Below, piece after piece: positions 60,994 through 64,000 of a stretch of 64,000 nt of DNA. Each line of letters starts with the position of its first letter. Position 1 is the first letter of the stretch. The DNA comes from Chrysemys picta bellii (taxonomy: Eukaryota): assembly GCF_011386835.1 (NCBI RefSeq), contig NC_088791.1, positions 203,174,001 through 203,238,000 on the forward strand. The letters are read 5' to 3'. Made by a program: the position numbers and the translations under genes. The notes below the pieces were generated by a model, which saw nothing but the letters and a program-made list of their open reading frames with translations, was not told the origin of the DNA and did not search any database.

Positions 60994-63570
60994 CCCGGTC
61001 AGTAACTATTTCCTTCCCAACCCCTCCAAAATGAAAATAAACAAGACAAAACTCCTGTATTTTCCAATGCCCCTTTCTACTGCTTCCCTTGCATGATTTG
61101 ACCAATTGCCACACACGCTCACTCCCTTCCCACAGCAAGCGACCATCCCTGATCAATTCCCATCTTAAGTTTTGGGGATGCTCCAAAATAATTTCCTTTG
61201 GCAGTAGCAGCAAGTGGGGAAGGGAAATTGTCCCCCAGCTGTAGCTGAAGAGGTCTTTGGTGGAGTGGCTGGCTGATGCACCCTTCCACTGAGAGGTGAC
61301 TTTGGAGGAACAGATGGGGGGTTCTTTCTCTTCCACTGCAGAGGGTTCCATTGGTTTCTTCCTCCTCCCCTGCAGAGGCCCTGGAAACAGCTGCTTCACA
61401 TCACCATGGAGGGGTCCAGGCAGCATTTTCTTCTTCCCTTCATCTCACTGTGGGTCATCATGGTGGCAGCTGCCCAAGGGGCCTGCCGTCTGGTTGTTGA
61501 GCACTTGAGAGACTCAGAACTCTGTTCAGGTAGCTACTTCTGTGATGGCTGTTCCTTGCATGCTATGTCTATATGCATGCACACCCATTTATGCTCATGA
61601 ACACATTCCATCCTGTGAGCTTTGGGACCTGGACACTAGTGACAAATGCTCAAAGCAAACAGAAAGGATTATAAGCAAAGTTAAAACCAATGTAGAAAGT
61701 AAGGATTTAGATTCCCCTGCTCCCCCAACATTACATTTGGGGTCTTAATTAAGTTGACAGGATTCCTTTAATTTCTGTGTTTCCAAAGACACTTTTTATC
61801 ACTGATACGTTGTCCTACTTTGGGCCTGATCCAAAGCTCAGTGCAGTCAGTAAAACACTCCCTTTGATTGCAATGGGCTTTGGATAAGGGGCTGAAAGCC
61901 CTTATAATCCTTTCCTTCCAAAAACAAAACAAATCCTTATTTTTGTCAGAAATTAAGTACAAAGCAGCAAAAACTCTAAAACATCTGGCACCCTTGGAGC
62001 CCCCCCCCCCCCGCCTTGGTCTTCATTGTCCATGAATTTGAGGGTCCAGATGTTCTCAGCTCTGACCAGTACCCCCTTGATGTCACCACTTTCATGTTAT
62101 TTAAATGTTGTTTTTCTTTTGGGGAATGTGATTGAGCTTTATTTTGTAAATGCTATTGGGATCAGTGGAGCATTGCTGGACAGCCTTCAACAGCCTGGAC
62201 CAGGCAAGAATTTCTTGTGTGACAGTGTGAGCATCTGGAGGGTTTCTGTGCAGATAAAGCATCTGTGTCGTTGGGAAATCATTCTGGTGTTTTTGCCAAA
62301 CTGAAAGGAAAACGTCTATGCCTAATTGGATGGCAGCATTTGAATCACAGACTAGAACTTTCCATGCAGCAAACATACACACAAATCTTATAACAGAGTG
62401 AATCGCTTCAGAATCTACACAGAAAAATTATGCAGCTAATTCACTAACGCATTCAGAGAGTATTAGAGGCAGCAGCATAGACTCTCAGAGGCAGCTGAAC
62501 CCCCCCCCATTTTTAAAGCTAACAAACTAATCACAAAGGTAATTGAGGTTTTCCACAGCTCAAAATCAACCCAAGGACCATTTCAATGTGAGGCGAAGGA
62601 GGCAGTAGATGAAGGACAGCTATGTTGTGTCACTTTACACAAAACAAGTAAGCCCAGTAAAGTTTTACAAGGTGCTGGTGGACGGCGTGTATGCTAGAAT
62701 GAACATGCCTAACAAAGAGGCCCTTAAAAAAATGTATTGCTTCCAAAAGAATTCCTGTGTTTGTATGCTTTGGAGAAGATGATCTAAGGGAAATGGGTTG
62801 ATTTCCTCTAAATAAAATCCTCTGGGTTACAGCATTAATTCAGTAATCTGAAAAAGACAGCAGGTCAGTCTAGCTGGAGAGGCTCTGTGTGCCAGCTGAC
62901 GTGTGCAGCTGATATAATTATATTCAGACCATCATAATGTGATAGGGGCTTCAGTGAGATAAATGATATCTGCACACCTTCAAAAGCCTCACTGACTGTT
63001 GATTATACATCACCTGTAGTTTTCATCCTGATATTTGCTCCTCACGTGGCATAGTGAACTGTGTAGCTCAAACCATGCTCAGTGTCATCCTTGGATTGAG
63101 TCGTGTGTGTGTGTGTTTGTGTGAATCAGCAATGGCTTGTCCATAAGCCACCTGTAGAAGCTTTTTGCAAACTTTGTTGCCCTATCCAGCTGCTATTCAC
63201 AGTGCATTTTCAAGTCTGAGCCTGGTTTGTTGGGATGGGTCACATGGGGGAAATTACAGTGGGCGGCTTTAAAATATGGGTGTTTTCTGGACCATGACAT
63301 TTGCCTCTACATCAGTATTTGCAGTATTCTTTATATGTAAAGTGGGCAATATTGCGATGTCCAGTCCATTTAACCAGTGTGGGTGGTAAAGACTCTGAGC
63401 TGAGTCTCAGCCCCAATCCATCCCTTTTGTGCCACTCAGTCTAGCAAAGAGGCATTCTCAGCTGGCAGAAAGACAGAAAAGCCTGCTCCCACACCACCTG
63501 CTCCCCTCTGCCTGGCATACCCGAACCTTTGTAAAAGTTGGGGGACTGCCAGCACGAGAACCCGGGGCCA

Positions 63571-63793
63571 AGGGGGCCATGCCCTCCCACTTTTTAACAT
63601 GGGCATAGTTTGGGAGACAGGGGGTGGCATTGCCCCCCCAAACTGGAAGCCTCGGGCATGCGCAGCGGAGGCTGCACTTAGCAGTGGGGGAGCTGATCGC
63701 TCCTGCCCGTGGCTGGCAGTTTGGGGGGGCAATGCCACCTCCTGCCCCCCTCATACTATGCCCATGTTAAAAAGTGGGGGGCCATGGTCCCCT
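63571..63793. repeat. Long inverted repeat (arms about 75 bp, spacer about 70 bp), probably a TE derivative
   Basis: cccactttttaacatgggcatagt...tggcattgcccccccaaactg is mirrored by cagtttgggggggcaatgcca...actatgcccatgttaaaaagtggg. Confidence 0.8.
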
Positions 63794-63921
63794 GACCACC
63801 CCTCCCCCATTCTGGCCATGTTGGAGGAGGGGAGGGGCATGTTGGGGGTGGGAAGAGCTGGAAAGTGGGTGGAACTCCACTTTGTCAATTCTCAACTGCT
63901 CCCTTAGGGACCATATAGCTA

Positions 63922-64000
63922 TAAGATTGCCAACTTTCTACTTGCACAAAACCAAACACCTTTGCCATGCCCCTTCTCAGAGGCCCCACGCATGTCCCGC
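63922..64000. mobile_element. Left end of a hAT element running off the window
   Basis: taagattgccaactttcta...gcacaaaacc resembles a TAGGGTTGCCAACTTTC terminus. Confidence 0.5.

Noticed and set aside
60953-61426. 157-aa minus-strand ORF
   Set aside because: No recognisable domain, its end runs into a hairpin MITE, and there is no promoter or convincing exon context.

Overview
Vertebrate genomic DNA, almost certainly a turtle (inferred from the repeat families: turtle-type CR1, Penelope, Harbinger/hAT/Tigger MITEs, Utopia-like RLE element). Two convergent spliced genes explain the real coding signal. (1) The CXorf38 orthologue on + has exons 2-7 at 2736-15461; exon 1 lies upstream of the window. 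(2) A complete ATP6AP2 ((pro)renin receptor / V-ATPase accessory protein; 9 exons, about 351 aa) lies on - at 33172-46182, with a CpG-island promoter. This matches the human Xp11.4 neighbourhood, but no MPC1L retrogene is visible between the genes. Nearly all other ORFs in the track are TE remnants or GC-rich artefacts. I do not see a clearly new multi-gene system. The best leads are: an intact HEPN-type R-x4-H motif in CXorf38, a minimal hammerhead-ribozyme fold in a Penelope tail, a decayed Utopia/NeSL-type RLE retrotransposon that is not in a U2 gene, a likely GC-AG last intron in CXorf38, a tandem duplication that doubles a MiT/TFE M-box upstream of ATP6AP2, and a MITE nest containing three transposon superfamilies. 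TE family names come from recalled consensus motifs, not from database searches, and TE boundaries are approximate unless TIRs or TSDs are quoted.
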